From: Trueperaceae bacterium
GTDB lineage: Bacteria; Deinococcota; Deinococci; Deinococcales; Trueperaceae
Length of the DNA stretch: 64,000 bases
NCBI GenBank assembly: GCA_965215565.1
Contig: CBDCDZ010000004.1
Coordinates: 1,792,001 to 1,856,000 of the forward strand
Direction of reading: 5' to 3'
Positions 42,040 through 53,645 of the stretch are shown here, one piece after another. The translations under genes were made by a program, and so were the position numbers. A model generated the notes under the pieces. The model searched no databases, had not been told where the DNA came from, and saw only the letters and a program-made list of their open reading frames with translations. Positions within the stretch are counted from its first letter, which is position 1; each line of letters begins with the position of its first letter.

Positions 42040-42150
42040 TAGCAGTTCCAAAACATATTGAGACAGAATGCCGCAGATATCATCTCCGAAAGTGGGTGCT
42101 CATCAATGTTTTCTACAGTGAGCGTGTTTCAAACCAGATGATACCTGCTA
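42040..42150 (-). repeat. Dispersed palindromic repeat copy R6 (full length)
   Basis: TAGCAGTTCCAAAACATATTGAGACA...CCAGATGATACCTGCTA. Confidence 0.9.
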
Positions 42151-42259
42151 ATACCGTTACACGCGGCGCGCAGCGTTTCCGTCAGTTACGCGGCGTGCAA
42201 AAGAAAGGAGCGGGAAACACCCTCTCTCCCGCTCTCAGCCGTTCAACCTTGGATTAGAC

Positions 42260-44536
42260 TTACTCGACGATCACCGTGAAGGTTTTTCTCACTAAGCACG
42301 GACCTCTATTGCGGGCATTGCAACTCGGGCTGCTCGCGGTCGCGGTGAAGGTATAGGTACCGGGCTCTAAGTCTTTTCCCTTGATCTTGAGCTTACCGCT
42401 ATTCGACAAAGAGACGCCGGGAACGTCGCCCAAACCATCCGCTGACCACTGATACTTGCCGGGCTTGCCGTCCACGACGAGGCGGACCTTGCTCTTCCCG
42501 TCGATGGTAAGCGTCGTTGGGTTAGTGATGCTCGGATACCGCTCGAGTGCGTCGTCCGCTTGGATCAAGCCTTCGCCGGTGATGAAGTCGAAGCCCGCGC
42601 TGCCCATGTCAATCGCGCTAACTTCTAAGGCGTCGTAAACCTGCTCCACCGTGAGGTCAGGGTTTTTGTTGAGTTGCAGAGCGGCGACGGCGGCGGCGTG
42701 GGGCGCGGCGGCTGAGGTGCCGAAGAAGTTGGGGAATTCGCCCGGCTCGCGTGGCTCGAAGGTGCCGTCACCGTCGTCGTCATCGCGCACGGTGTCGCTA
42801 AAAAAGAAGGTGGTATTCGCGCCGTCGGGAGCGGTAAAGTCGGGCTGCGGGCGCACCTCGGGCTCGCTCAGGCGGTTGCCCGCAACATCGAAGAGGATCG
42901 GAACGCCGCCGTACGAGGAGAAGTCTTCGATGACAGGTGGCGTGGTGCCGTAAGCGGGCGTGTCACCCCAGAAGGCTGCGCCGACACCGCGCCCGTCAGC
43001 AGCGTTGTTGTGACCGTAAGAGGTCGGTGCGGTTAAGGGCGGGTCGAAGTCTACAATTGAACTGCCGAAGTTCACCCACTTGAGCAAGCCGGGCGCGTCC
43101 CCTTCAAAGAGGGTAAACGCGACAGCGAGATTGAAGCTCGAGCTAGCCGTCGCCGTGATGCTGACCCCCGTAAACTCCAAGGGGTCTGCGCCGACGTTGC
43201 GGTCGAACGAGGAGAGAAAATCCAAGAAGAGGTATTCGTCACCGATTTTCTGAAAGAGCAAGATGTCGAGGTCGTTACTCGCTCCTGGGCTCTCCTCCGA
43301 GACGGACTTGAAGGGCTCGTCCCACTGGAGCACGATGGTAGCGGACTGACCGGGCTCCAAGGTGAAGTCCTGAAAGATATCCGGCTCGCCCGAGGGCGCG
43401 AAGTCGTGAAAGCGCCCGAACGTGGGGTCTACGACGCCCGAGTCGTTAAAGGCACTCTCGTAGGAGCGGTTCGAGCGGTTGCCCGCCGAGGAGAAGTAGG
43501 GGACGCCCCGCCCCGCCACCTCGTTCACCGCTTGCGCGATGACGCCGTCTTGAAACATCGGCTCGGCGAAGTAGATCACGTCGTCTACGATGACCGTCGA
43601 GTCCGCGTCGGCGAGGTCGAGGATGCCCTGGGCGAAGGCGGGTTGTCCGTTAAAGGCGGTGTGAAAAGCTTGTTCCGCGCCCGGCGCGACGTCGTAAATG
43701 AGCTGCCCCATACCGCGCCCTTCGTCGATGAGCGCCCCCGGACTCGTGCAAGGGGCGGAGTCGTCCAAAATGTTCACATCGGCGGGCATGTCGTTACTCT
43801 CGACGTCCTCTTCGTAGCTCGTCACGCCGGCTAGCGGGAAACCCGGCGCAGGAACCGCGCCCTGGGTGGGGTCTGGCGGGCAGTCGTTTTTAAGGCGAGC
43901 GAAGCTGTCCGAGAGGATGCCGACTTTGTTGCCGCGCCCGTCCACGCCCTGGACCTCCTTGGCGGCGTCCGAGCGCATCGCCCTGTCGCCTTCGCTCGTA
44001 ACGAGCCCGACGTCGGTGACGGCGAGCGCGGGGCGCATCGCGGCGAGACTGGCAAGACCTGCCGTGTCTTCGAGCGCCGCGACGGGAAACCTACCCGAGA
44101 CGAGCGCCCCTGCGACTTCACCCTCTTGGAGCCCGAGCGCTGTGAGGTCACGCAGCAATCTGTCGGGGTCACCTTCGGCAACCGCTTCGATGACGAGCAC
44201 GTCCGCTACATCTTGTACCGACAGCCCTTCCGAGCGGGCGCTGTACTTAGTCACCTCGAGCGCCAACGCGCCGCTCAGCTTGGCGAGTGGACCATCTTTA
44301 GCGCCGCTGCCCAGTACACTTCGCCGCGCCTGCGTTTCCAGTTCAGCCGCTTGAGCGCTGAGTTCGCCCTGACCCAGCTCGTCCGTGACGAGTTCCAACT
44401 GTAGTCCCGTCGCCGCGTCGTCCTCGGCCGTTACGGGTCCTGCCGCAGAACGCGGTGCATCCTGCGCAGGTTGTAAGCTGCACGCCGCAAGCAGCAACCC
44501 TGTGAAAAGGATAAATAAGCCGTGCCGTGATGTCAT
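42260..44536 (-). CDS. Lipoprotein subtilase (S8/S53-like serine peptidase)
   Basis: Lipobox LLAAC, ILSDS, DEGRGM, SSAGN, FFGTSAAAPH. Confidence 0.85.
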   Translation of the reverse strand: MTSRHGLFILFTGLLLAACSLQPAQDAPRSAAGPVTAEDDAATGLQLELVTDELGQGELSAQAAELETQARRSVLGSGAKDGPLAKLSGALALEVTKYSARSEGLSVQDVADVLVIEAVAEGDPDRLLRDLTALGLQEGEVAGALVSGRFPVAALEDTAGLASLAAMRPALAVTDVGLVTSEGDRAMRSDAAKEVQGVDGRGNKVGILSDSFARLKNDCPPDPTQGAVPAPGFPLAGVTSYEEDVESNDMPADVNILDDSAPCTSPGALIDEGRGMGQLIYDVAPGAEQAFHTAFNGQPAFAQGILDLADADSTVIVDDVIYFAEPMFQDGVIAQAVNEVAGRGVPYFSSAGNRSNRSYESAFNDSGVVDPTFGRFHDFAPSGEPDIFQDFTLEPGQSATIVLQWDEPFKSVSEESPGASNDLDILLFQKIGDEYLFLDFLSSFDRNVGADPLEFTGVSITATASSSFNLAVAFTLFEGDAPGLLKWVNFGSSIVDFDPPLTAPTSYGHNNAADGRGVGAAFWGDTPAYGTTPPVIEDFSSYGGVPILFDVAGNRLSEPEVRPQPDFTAPDGANTTFFFSDTVRDDDDGDGTFEPREPGEFPNFFGTSAAAPHAAAVAALQLNKNPDLTVEQVYDALEVSAIDMGSAGFDFITGEGLIQADDALERYPSITNPTTLTIDGKSKVRLVVDGKPGKYQWSADGLGDVPGVSLSNSGKLKIKGKDLEPGTYTFTATASSPSCNARNRGPCLVRKTFTVIVE

Positions 44537-44882
44537 AGTTTCTCCCCTAACCATGAATCTCTACTGAGACATCGCTTTCCGCACAGAGGCGAACTTATAC
44601 GCGCTTTCTCACTAGAGCATAAGAAATCTATCATGAGCGGTTTCTAAGTGCAACAGGTTAACTTTGTTTACGCCCAAGCGACGCTGCAAAATATTCGCTA
44701 AACTGCGTGCAGCGCGTAGTTCGCCGAGTACAACGAAACCTGAGCGCCCCTCGGAAAGGCGACGAACCGAAGGTAGCCGCCAGCGCGAGACAGCGCGTAA
44801 AAACACCACTTCACAGAAATCTCTGTGAAGCTTTTCAGATCGTGTTTAGGGAGGTTTAGGCATGATTCGCACTAGGAGGTCT

Positions 44883-44999
44883 ATGATGCAGGAATGGATT
44901 ACACAGTTCCCCTGGTTGCAGCACATTGCGTTTTACCTCATCGCACTGGTGTGGCCGGTGGTGCTCATTCAAATTTTTACTGAACGCGAAGAAGACTAG
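44883..44999 (+). CDS. 38-aa single-TM peptide (not in ORF track)
   Basis: AGGAGGT RBS; MMQEWITQFPWLQHIAFYLIALVWPVVLIQIFTEREED*. Confidence 0.55.
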   Translation: MMQEWITQFPWLQHIAFYLIALVWPVVLIQIFTEREED

Positions 45000-45516
45000 G
45001 TTGTGTTGATATTTGCCTTTTAAGAAAATCGCTTATCGTCCCCGCAGACAGGGTAAATCTACGTACTTTGTGGTCTTCTTACTCCTTGCTTCTTGCTCCA
45101 GTCAAGCTGGTGTACGTCAGTCCTCACGTAGTGAACGAACGGTTCCTGCTTCTTGTACGCAGCAGGGCAAAACTTACAGAGGACAGTTTGAAAAGTCAAC
45201 AAAACCTAGCAGCCAACCGAAAAACGAAGGAAGCCAAGAAGGGCGACGCGGCCTTAGTACCTGCGTCAATATCTGATGCGCGGTGCTGTCCTCACCGACG
45301 AGGTCGCCTATAAGCGCCAACCTCTCCTCAGCCTTTTCTTTGTCCTTTTCTCTGGCGCGAGCTTGCCGAGCAAGGCAGTGTAGATTGCGTGCTCATCAAC
45401 GTGAACGCGCTTCAAGCCGTCGGGTCATGCTAATAGCGCCTCCGCACGCGCCTCGTCATCCTCCTTGAGCGCTTCTAAAGCCTCTCGCGCGAAGGCGAAG
45501 TCGTCTTCGTGTATTT

Positions 45517-46923
45517 CTATCCCTCGAGCATCAAACTCTCCGGCGTCTCCAAAAGCTCAATCAGATAACTCGTAAACATCGCCGCTTCCGCCCCGTCTAC
45601 GACGCGGTGGTCGAACGACATGCTGAGGTAGATCATCTGCCGCGCTACGATGGAATCGTCCTCCAGGACAACCGGGCGCTTCTTAATGCTGTGCACGCCT
45701 AAAATTGCCGCTTCGGGCACGTTGATAATGGGGAAGCTAAAGAGCCCGCCCAAGGTGCCGATATTGGTAATGCTAAAGGTGCCCCCTTTGACCTCATCGG
45801 GGGCGAGTTTGCCTTCGCGCGCTTTGGTTGCTAACTCGCGAATATCTCCAGCAAGCTCCAAGATGCTTTTACGGTCTACGTCTTTGATGACGGGGACGAC
45901 TAAACCGACATCTGTAGCGACGGCCATGCCTAAGTTGTAGTAGTACTTGGTGACGATTTCGCTGGTGTCTTCGTCGAGGCTCGAGTTAAGTACCGGAAAC
46001 TTTTTGAGCGCCGCGACAGTCGCTTTCATGATAAAAGGCAGATACGAGACCTTCGCGTCACGCTTCGCGGCTAGCGGCTTGAGACGTTCGCGCATCGCGC
46101 TGAGTTCGGTGACGTCGGCTTCGTCCACGTGGAGCGTGCGCACGCTTTGCAGGTGCGAGGCGACCATCTGGTTGGAAATCGCGCGGCGCAGTCCGCGTAT
46201 AGGCGTACGCTCCTCTAAGTCTTCGTAGCCTTGCGGCGTCTTATAGGAGATACGCTCTCGTTGCGGTGCGCTGACGGTCTGAGGAGCGCGTTTAGGCTCC
46301 TCTTGCGCCTGCGTTTCGGCGTGCGCTTTCACGTCGTTCACGCGAATACGGCCGTTCGGTCCGCTGCCTGCAACATCCGAGAGGTCGATCTCTAGCTCCC
46401 GCGCCAACTTTCGCGCTGCTGGTACGGCGAGAACGCGCCCGTAAGGCCCAGTTATCTGTACTTCGCCGTTTGTCTGCCCCTCGTCTTTCACCTCTTGACG
46501 CTTGACTTGATACGTCGGCGTGGTGTCGTCATCGGCGGAAGCTTTGAAAAGGCTCAGGCTGTCGCCGTCGTCCTCTTCCTCATCGCCGCCCGGCTCGACG
46601 ATGGATCGTTCCTCTTGCGCCTGCACGTTCTCGCCACTCTCGGCTTGGCTATCTTGCGCGGGTACGTCCTCTTGCTCGCCTTCGGCGTCATCCCCGAAGA
46701 GTGCGATAGGGTCGTGTACCGCCACCACATCACCCTCTTTGACGAGTTGCTTTTGTAGCGTGCCCGCGTATGGGCTCGGCAATTCCACCGTCACTTTATC
46801 GGTCATCACCTCAACGACAGGTTGATCTTCTTCGACGCTCTCCCCTTCTGCAATGAGCCATTTGACGATCTCACCCTCAACAACGGACTCGGCGAGTTCG
46901 GGGAGTAGGAGTTCTTTGGGCAT
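45517..46923 (-). CDS. 2-oxoacid dehydrogenase E2 dihydrolipoamide acyltransferase
   Basis: Lipoyl VMTDKV, E3-binding GSGPNGRI, FDHRVVDG. Confidence 0.95.
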   Translation of the reverse strand: MPKELLLPELAESVVEGEIVKWLIAEGESVEEDQPVVEVMTDKVTVELPSPYAGTLQKQLVKEGDVVAVHDPIALFGDDAEGEQEDVPAQDSQAESGENVQAQEERSIVEPGGDEEEDDGDSLSLFKASADDDTTPTYQVKRQEVKDEGQTNGEVQITGPYGRVLAVPAARKLARELEIDLSDVAGSGPNGRIRVNDVKAHAETQAQEEPKRAPQTVSAPQRERISYKTPQGYEDLEERTPIRGLRRAISNQMVASHLQSVRTLHVDEADVTELSAMRERLKPLAAKRDAKVSYLPFIMKATVAALKKFPVLNSSLDEDTSEIVTKYYYNLGMAVATDVGLVVPVIKDVDRKSILELAGDIRELATKAREGKLAPDEVKGGTFSITNIGTLGGLFSFPIINVPEAAILGVHSIKKRPVVLEDDSIVARQMIYLSMSFDHRVVDGAEAAMFTSYLIELLETPESLMLEG

Positions 46924-46937
46924 TCGTTCTCCTTGAT

Positions 46938-47038
46938 CGCAGGTATCAAATTCTGTCTCACTCCGTTCGGAGCTGGTCGTAAACGCGCTCTATAGAGAAG
47001 GCGTCAACTAGCGCTCACGTTGTGTGATGATACCTGCG
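46938..47038 (+). repeat. Dispersed palindromic repeat copy R7 (24-nt insert), inside the dehydrogenase operon
   Basis: CGCAGGTATCA[46949-46972]CTGGT...GATGATACCTGCG. Confidence 0.75.
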
Positions 47039-47093
47039 GCAGTTTACCTCACGTCGCGAGCTGAATTTAGACCGGAGCTAAATGTCAATACCC

Positions 47094-48071
47094 TTAATAA
47101 TCTAGAACCTTCTGCACTGCTTTAAGAATCCGGTTGACACCGGGCAAGTACTCTCTATCTTGGGCGTAAGGATAGGGCGTGTCGAAACCCGTGACGCGCA
47201 GGGGCGGAGCTAGGAGCGAATCCAGCACCTCTTCGCAGATCGTCGCGGCGATTTCGGCGGCGAAACCGGCCGTTTTGGGCGCTTCACTGACCAATACGAC
47301 GCGCCCTCTTAGGGCGACAGCCTCTAGCACCGTATCTTTGTCCCAGGGCAGCAGCGAGCGCAGATCGATGACGTGCGCCGCGATACCCTGTTCGGAGAGG
47401 GCTTGCGCCGCTTTCACCGTCTCAGCGACGCTGCCGCCGTAGGAGACTAAGACGAGGTCGTCACCCTCTTGTCTCACCCTCGCCTTGCCGAGGGGAACCG
47501 TGAAGTCCTCGTCGTCCGGCACGTCCTCTTTCACCGCGCGGTATAAACGCTTAGGCTCCATAAAGACCACCGGGTCTTCGTCGCGCACGGCGGTTTTGAG
47601 GAGCCCTTTGGCGTCGGTGGGCGTCGAGGGATAGACGACTTTGAGCCCCGGCGTGTGGACGAAGTGCGTTTCCGGGTTCTGCGAGTGGTGGTGTCCGCCC
47701 TTGACGCCGCCGCCCGCAGGCATCCGCACCACCATCGGCGCGTGGAACTGCCCGCCCGAGCGGTAACGAAGCTTCGCCGCTTGCGAAACGAGCTGGTCGA
47801 AGCCGGGGTAGACGTAATCTGCGAACTGAATCTCGGCGACGGGGCGGAGCCCATGCGCCGCCATCCCTACTGCCGCGCCGATAATTGCCGCTTCGGACAG
47901 GGGTGAGTCGATGACGCGGTCAGGACCGTACTTGTCGAAGAGCTTCTCCGTTGCCAAAAAGACGCCGCCACGCTTGCCGACGTCCTCGCCCATCACCACC
48001 ACGCGCTCGTCACGCGCCATCTCTTCGTCCAGCGTGCGGGCGATGGCTTGCACCATGTTGAGTGTTGCCAC
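47094..48071 (-). CDS. 2-oxoacid dehydrogenase E1 beta (branched-chain type likely)
   Basis: GEDVG..GGVF, EIQFADY, GGHHHSQ. Confidence 0.95.
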   Translation of the reverse strand: MATLNMVQAIARTLDEEMARDERVVVMGEDVGKRGGVFLATEKLFDKYGPDRVIDSPLSEAAIIGAAVGMAAHGLRPVAEIQFADYVYPGFDQLVSQAAKLRYRSGGQFHAPMVVRMPAGGGVKGGHHHSQNPETHFVHTPGLKVVYPSTPTDAKGLLKTAVRDEDPVVFMEPKRLYRAVKEDVPDDEDFTVPLGKARVRQEGDDLVLVSYGGSVAETVKAAQALSEQGIAAHVIDLRSLLPWDKDTVLEAVALRGRVVLVSEAPKTAGFAAEIAATICEEVLDSLLAPPLRVTGFDTPYPYAQDREYLPGVNRILKAVQKVLDY

Positions 48072-48153
48072 AGGTCTCCTTTAGAGCCTGTCAGCTAGTC
48101 AGCCGATCAGCATTTCAGGATTTTCCTGACTATCTGACGAGCTGAAGTGCTGA

Positions 48154-49257
<1,104 letters not shown>

Positions 49258-49912
49258 CTAATCCTATATTGTGACCTTTCGCGTTTTGACTTTTCGCTGT
49301 GCGAGTCTCTTTGAGTCCGTCTCGCTGAGCGGCTCTTTTGCGCGCTAATCGCAGGTATATGGATAAAAGCACAAAAGATAAAAGCACAAAAAAGCCCAGC
49401 GTCGGCTGGGATAGATGGAGCCCTGACAGAGCTTGAAATACCTAGCTTGGCTAGATATGCCACTGAGCAAACTGCTACGCAAATCAGCAGATACGTCACT
49501 GTAGGTTCTGCTAGCTGAAGCACGTTACCTCTCGTTTCTATCCCGAATTTTACTCTAATTCCAGACCTGCGCGTGTTCAAAACCCATGTTGCTAACCCTA
49601 TTATGGTAGCACTTGCGCGCTCAGAAAAGAGTTTACAGGTCATACATCCGAGTACACATTAAGGTTGGCTCAAGCGTCGGAGAGCGTGAGGGCGCAAAGA
49701 GCCGACACCCCTCGAGCCTCACGAGCGTGAAGTCAGACATTTGTAAAGAGCTGCCACGTTAGCGCGCACCTTAAAGGATGCGCTATATTGTTTTAACCGA
49801 GGCCTAGTCGCGCCGTACGCTAGGCCGCGTTTCTCATTACCACGAGGTTGAGCGCTACGCTTACTTGCTCATAAAGAGCGCTCATAACCGACCATCACAA
49901 AGGAGGAGGCGC

Positions 49913-50857
49913 ATGAAAAATGAGCGTCTGATTGCTTATATTCTTATCACGGTAGGCGTAGTGACGCTGCTCTCGAGAGTAGGCAGCGCTGACTGGCTCT
50001 GGATGGCGCTCGTCGCAGCGGCGCTTTTGGCAGGCTACGTAACACGCAAGAACTACGGGTTTTTGGTGGCGGGCGCGGCGCTCTCCGGGCTCGCCGTAGG
50101 CGAGATGATAGGTACGCTCAGCGGCACGCTCATAAGTTTGGGCGCGGGCTTTTTCGTGGTCGACCGCCTCGAGCCGCGTCCCAACCGCTGGGCCCTCTAC
50201 CTGGCGGGCGCGCTAGCAGGCATCGGGCTCTTCGTCGGGCTCGGCAACGTGCTCAATTCGTTCTGGGTGGCGATCATCTTCATCGCGGGCGGGGCGTACT
50301 TGCTCCTGCGCGACTCGGACGATGCGCTAGGAAGTGCATCATCCGAAACGCAGCCCGCACAGACGGATACTCGGGCGGATACTCAAGCGAATACTCGAGC
50401 GGACCCTCAGACGGAGCAAGGATCAGCAGACACTACAGAGACCCCCACGCCCATCAAAGAAGCGAACTTGGACCCAGCGGAGGACGCTCCGACGGTTACT
50501 GCGACAGGTGCTGCGCCAACCGCTGAGGCCGCTTCGCCCAAAGCGGCGGCTGCCGAAAAGACTGAGCGCCCCGCCGAAAACGTCTCCCCTGCTTTGGATG
50601 AGCCAGACCTTAGCGCCGACGAAAAGGAGCGCTACCACCTCCTGGAAGTGTGGCGCAGAGAGACAGCGAAGTCCGAGGGGCGTCCGGCGTACATCGTGTT
50701 ACGCAACGAGAGCTTGCGGCAGATTGCGCAGCAAAACCCGCAAACTTTAGACGAGTTAAGTTCGGTCAAAGGTATTGGACCGGTGAAGCTCGAGCAGTAC
50801 GGTGATACAATCTTGGGCGTGCTGAGGGGTGAACGACCGGCGAGCGGCGCATCCTGA
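49913..50857 (+). CDS. Multi-TM membrane protein with C-terminal HRDC domain
   Basis: RBS AGGAGG; WRRETAK...PAYIVL.N..L..IA...P..L.EL..VKGIG..KL..YG. Confidence 0.85.
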   Translation: MKNERLIAYILITVGVVTLLSRVGSADWLWMALVAAALLAGYVTRKNYGFLVAGAALSGLAVGEMIGTLSGTLISLGAGFFVVDRLEPRPNRWALYLAGALAGIGLFVGLGNVLNSFWVAIIFIAGGAYLLLRDSDDALGSASSETQPAQTDTRADTQANTRADPQTEQGSADTTETPTPIKEANLDPAEDAPTVTATGAAPTAEAASPKAAAAEKTERPAENVSPALDEPDLSADEKERYHLLEVWRRETAKSEGRPAYIVLRNESLRQIAQQNPQTLDELSSVKGIGPVKLEQYGDTILGVLRGERPASGAS

Positions 50858-51060
50858 CCTGTTCGCTCAGCACGAGGAGCGTGTACTTCACATCTTGCTC
50901 ACGGCAACCTGGACGTGCATGATTGGGTAAACTGTCCTGTATTGCTTTAATAATACGCCCTACCCGTATACAAAGTCACGCAGAGGTGATATGACGTTAG
51001 AAGCGTTTACAAAGTAGCTATGGCGCAACATCACGACGTAAAACACACCTACGGAGGATC

Positions 51061-52203
51061 ATGGAACAAACGATTTATCGCGGTTTAGACGGCGTTCATA
51101 TTGATACGACGAAGATTTGCCAAATTGACGGGCAAAAAGGACAGCTCATCTACCGAGGTTACGATATAAGCGAGCTGGCGGATAAGGCGAGCTTCGAAGA
51201 GGTGATCTACCTCTTATGGAATGATGACCTGCCTAACGAGGAGCAGCTCGCCACCTTTCAAGAGGAGTTGAAGCCTCACTTCGCCGTGCCCGACGAGATC
51301 ATTCAGCTCTTTCGCCTCTTGCCCAAAGAGACGCAGCCCATGCACGCGCTGCAGAGCGCCGTCTCGACCCTCGCCTCGTTCGATGACGAGTCGGAAGACG
51401 TGAGTTTAGAGAACGTGCGCAACATCGGACTCAAACTCGTCACGCAGTTCCCGACGCTCGTCGCGACGCTGGAGCGGCTGCGTCAGGGCAAAGACCCAGT
51501 CGCGCCCAACCCCGACTACGGCATCGCCAAAAACTTCCTCTATATGCTCAATGATGAGGAGCCTACAGAAGCCGCCGTGCGCGTGATGGACGTCGCGCTC
51601 GTACTCCACGCCGAGCACGGCTCGAACGCGAGTACCTTTACTGCGCGCACCACCGCGTCCACCCTTACAGACGTCTACAGCGCAATTTCGGCGGCGGTAG
51701 GCAGCCTCAAGGGACCGCTGCACGGCGGCGCGAACACCGCTGTGATGAACGCCTTGGAGAAAATTGGTAGCATCGACGGTGTCGAGGCGTTCGTGATGGA
51801 TAAACTCAGTAAAGAGAGCGGGCGCGTGCCCGGCTTCGGGCACCGCGTCTACCGCGTGATCGACCCCCGCGCGGTTATCTTGGAGCGCGTCTCCGAAGAT
51901 TTAGCTGAAGAGTCCGGCGACTCCAAGTGGTTCGAGATGAGCCAGGAGATGGAGCGCGTTATGGCGCGCGAGATGGACAAACGGGACAAGCAGGTCAAGC
52001 CTAACGTGGACTTCTTCTCCGCGTCGGTCTACCGGATGTTGGGTTTTCCGGCGGATATGTACACGCCTATCTTCGCTGTAGCGCGAATCAGCGGTTGGAT
52101 GGCGCATCTTTTGGAGCAGTACGACGACAACCGCATCATGCGCCCGCGCCTCGTTTACGAAGGACCGACAGGTAAGACCTTTACACCACTGGAAGAGCGG
52201 TAG
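51061..52203 (+). CDS. gltA: Citrate synthase
   Basis: LHAEHGSNAST, GPLHGGAN, GFGHRVY, PNVDF. Confidence 0.95.
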   Translation: MEQTIYRGLDGVHIDTTKICQIDGQKGQLIYRGYDISELADKASFEEVIYLLWNDDLPNEEQLATFQEELKPHFAVPDEIIQLFRLLPKETQPMHALQSAVSTLASFDDESEDVSLENVRNIGLKLVTQFPTLVATLERLRQGKDPVAPNPDYGIAKNFLYMLNDEEPTEAAVRVMDVALVLHAEHGSNASTFTARTTASTLTDVYSAISAAVGSLKGPLHGGANTAVMNALEKIGSIDGVEAFVMDKLSKESGRVPGFGHRVYRVIDPRAVILERVSEDLAEESGDSKWFEMSQEMERVMAREMDKRDKQVKPNVDFFSASVYRMLGFPADMYTPIFAVARISGWMAHLLEQYDDNRIMRPRLVYEGPTGKTFTPLEER

Positions 52204-52228
52204 CGCGCAACACTCGAGCGTCAACGCA

Positions 52229-52256
52229 AGCAGAGGTCGTTCCGCCTCTGCTTTTT
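52229..52256 (+). terminator. Intrinsic terminator of gltA
   Basis: AGCAGAGG..CCTCTGCT-TTTT. Confidence 0.8.
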
Positions 52257-52268
52257 ACATCAGTAGTG

Positions 52269-52403
52269 ATACCGTTTCCGGTTGAATACGCTATTTTATA
52301 GCGTATTTAATCCCGAGCGGATGCGAGCAGAAAAAGTACGGGTTCTGGTGATACCGGAAGAAACTCTGCAAGAGTTTATGCAGGAATCAATCGGAACCCG
52401 TAT
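52269..52403. repeat. Deinococcus SRE-like small repetitive element
   Basis: Imperfect TIR ATACCGTTTCCG..CGGAACCCGTAT, internal hairpin AATACGCTAT/ATAGCGTATT, core CCGAGCGGATGCGAG; resemblance recalled, single copy here. Confidence 0.6.
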
Positions 52404-52461
52404 GATTCCTTCTACTCGCAACCGAACGAGCACTGTAGCTGAGCCACGCTAAAAAGATAGT

Positions 52462-52761
52462 TCAATCTTTGATACGCCGCTCGACGACATTCAAAGCGCG
52501 TCCCAGCTCGCGGCGTAGGGCGAGCATCGTCACCATCTCGGGAAACGTCTTCACGCTGAGCCCTGCTGTTTTCTGTGACGCTTTGCGCAAGTGTCGATGT
52601 AGTTTTCGTAGCTCTGCGTCGCTCACGGTTCGTCCTTTCGTCGTGCAGGTACGTTCCCTAATGCCCTCGAGACCTAGTGACTCCCAAAACGTTCGTCTAC
52701 TTCTACTGTTAAAACTAGATGAACGCATTGTAATAGAATCCTCATCCCTATGCAAGAGCAA
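52462..52761 (-). CDS. Hypothetical basic protein
   Basis: 99 aa ORF, start uncertain. Confidence 0.4.
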   Translation of the reverse strand: MLLHRDEDSITMRSSSFNSRSRRTFWESLGLEGIRERTCTTKGRTVSDAELRKLHRHLRKASQKTAGLSVKTFPEMVTMLALRRELGRALNVVERRIKD

Positions 52762-52916
52762 GAGACGTGAGGGAGTTAGGCGACAAGTACAGCAAATCCG
52801 CTCTTCAGATACCTGGGAACGCCTGAAGAGTGGATTGGTTCTTAGTTCTAATTGTAGGGGTCTCGCCGTTCTATAGACCTGCAGGTGTCACCACGAAAGG
52901 CACGTTAAAGGAAAGG

Positions 52917-53645
<729 letters not shown>

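Noticed and set aside
42025..42260. RDRM (DdrO box) upstream of uvrC or radA
   Set aside because: No convincing 17-bp match found by eye.
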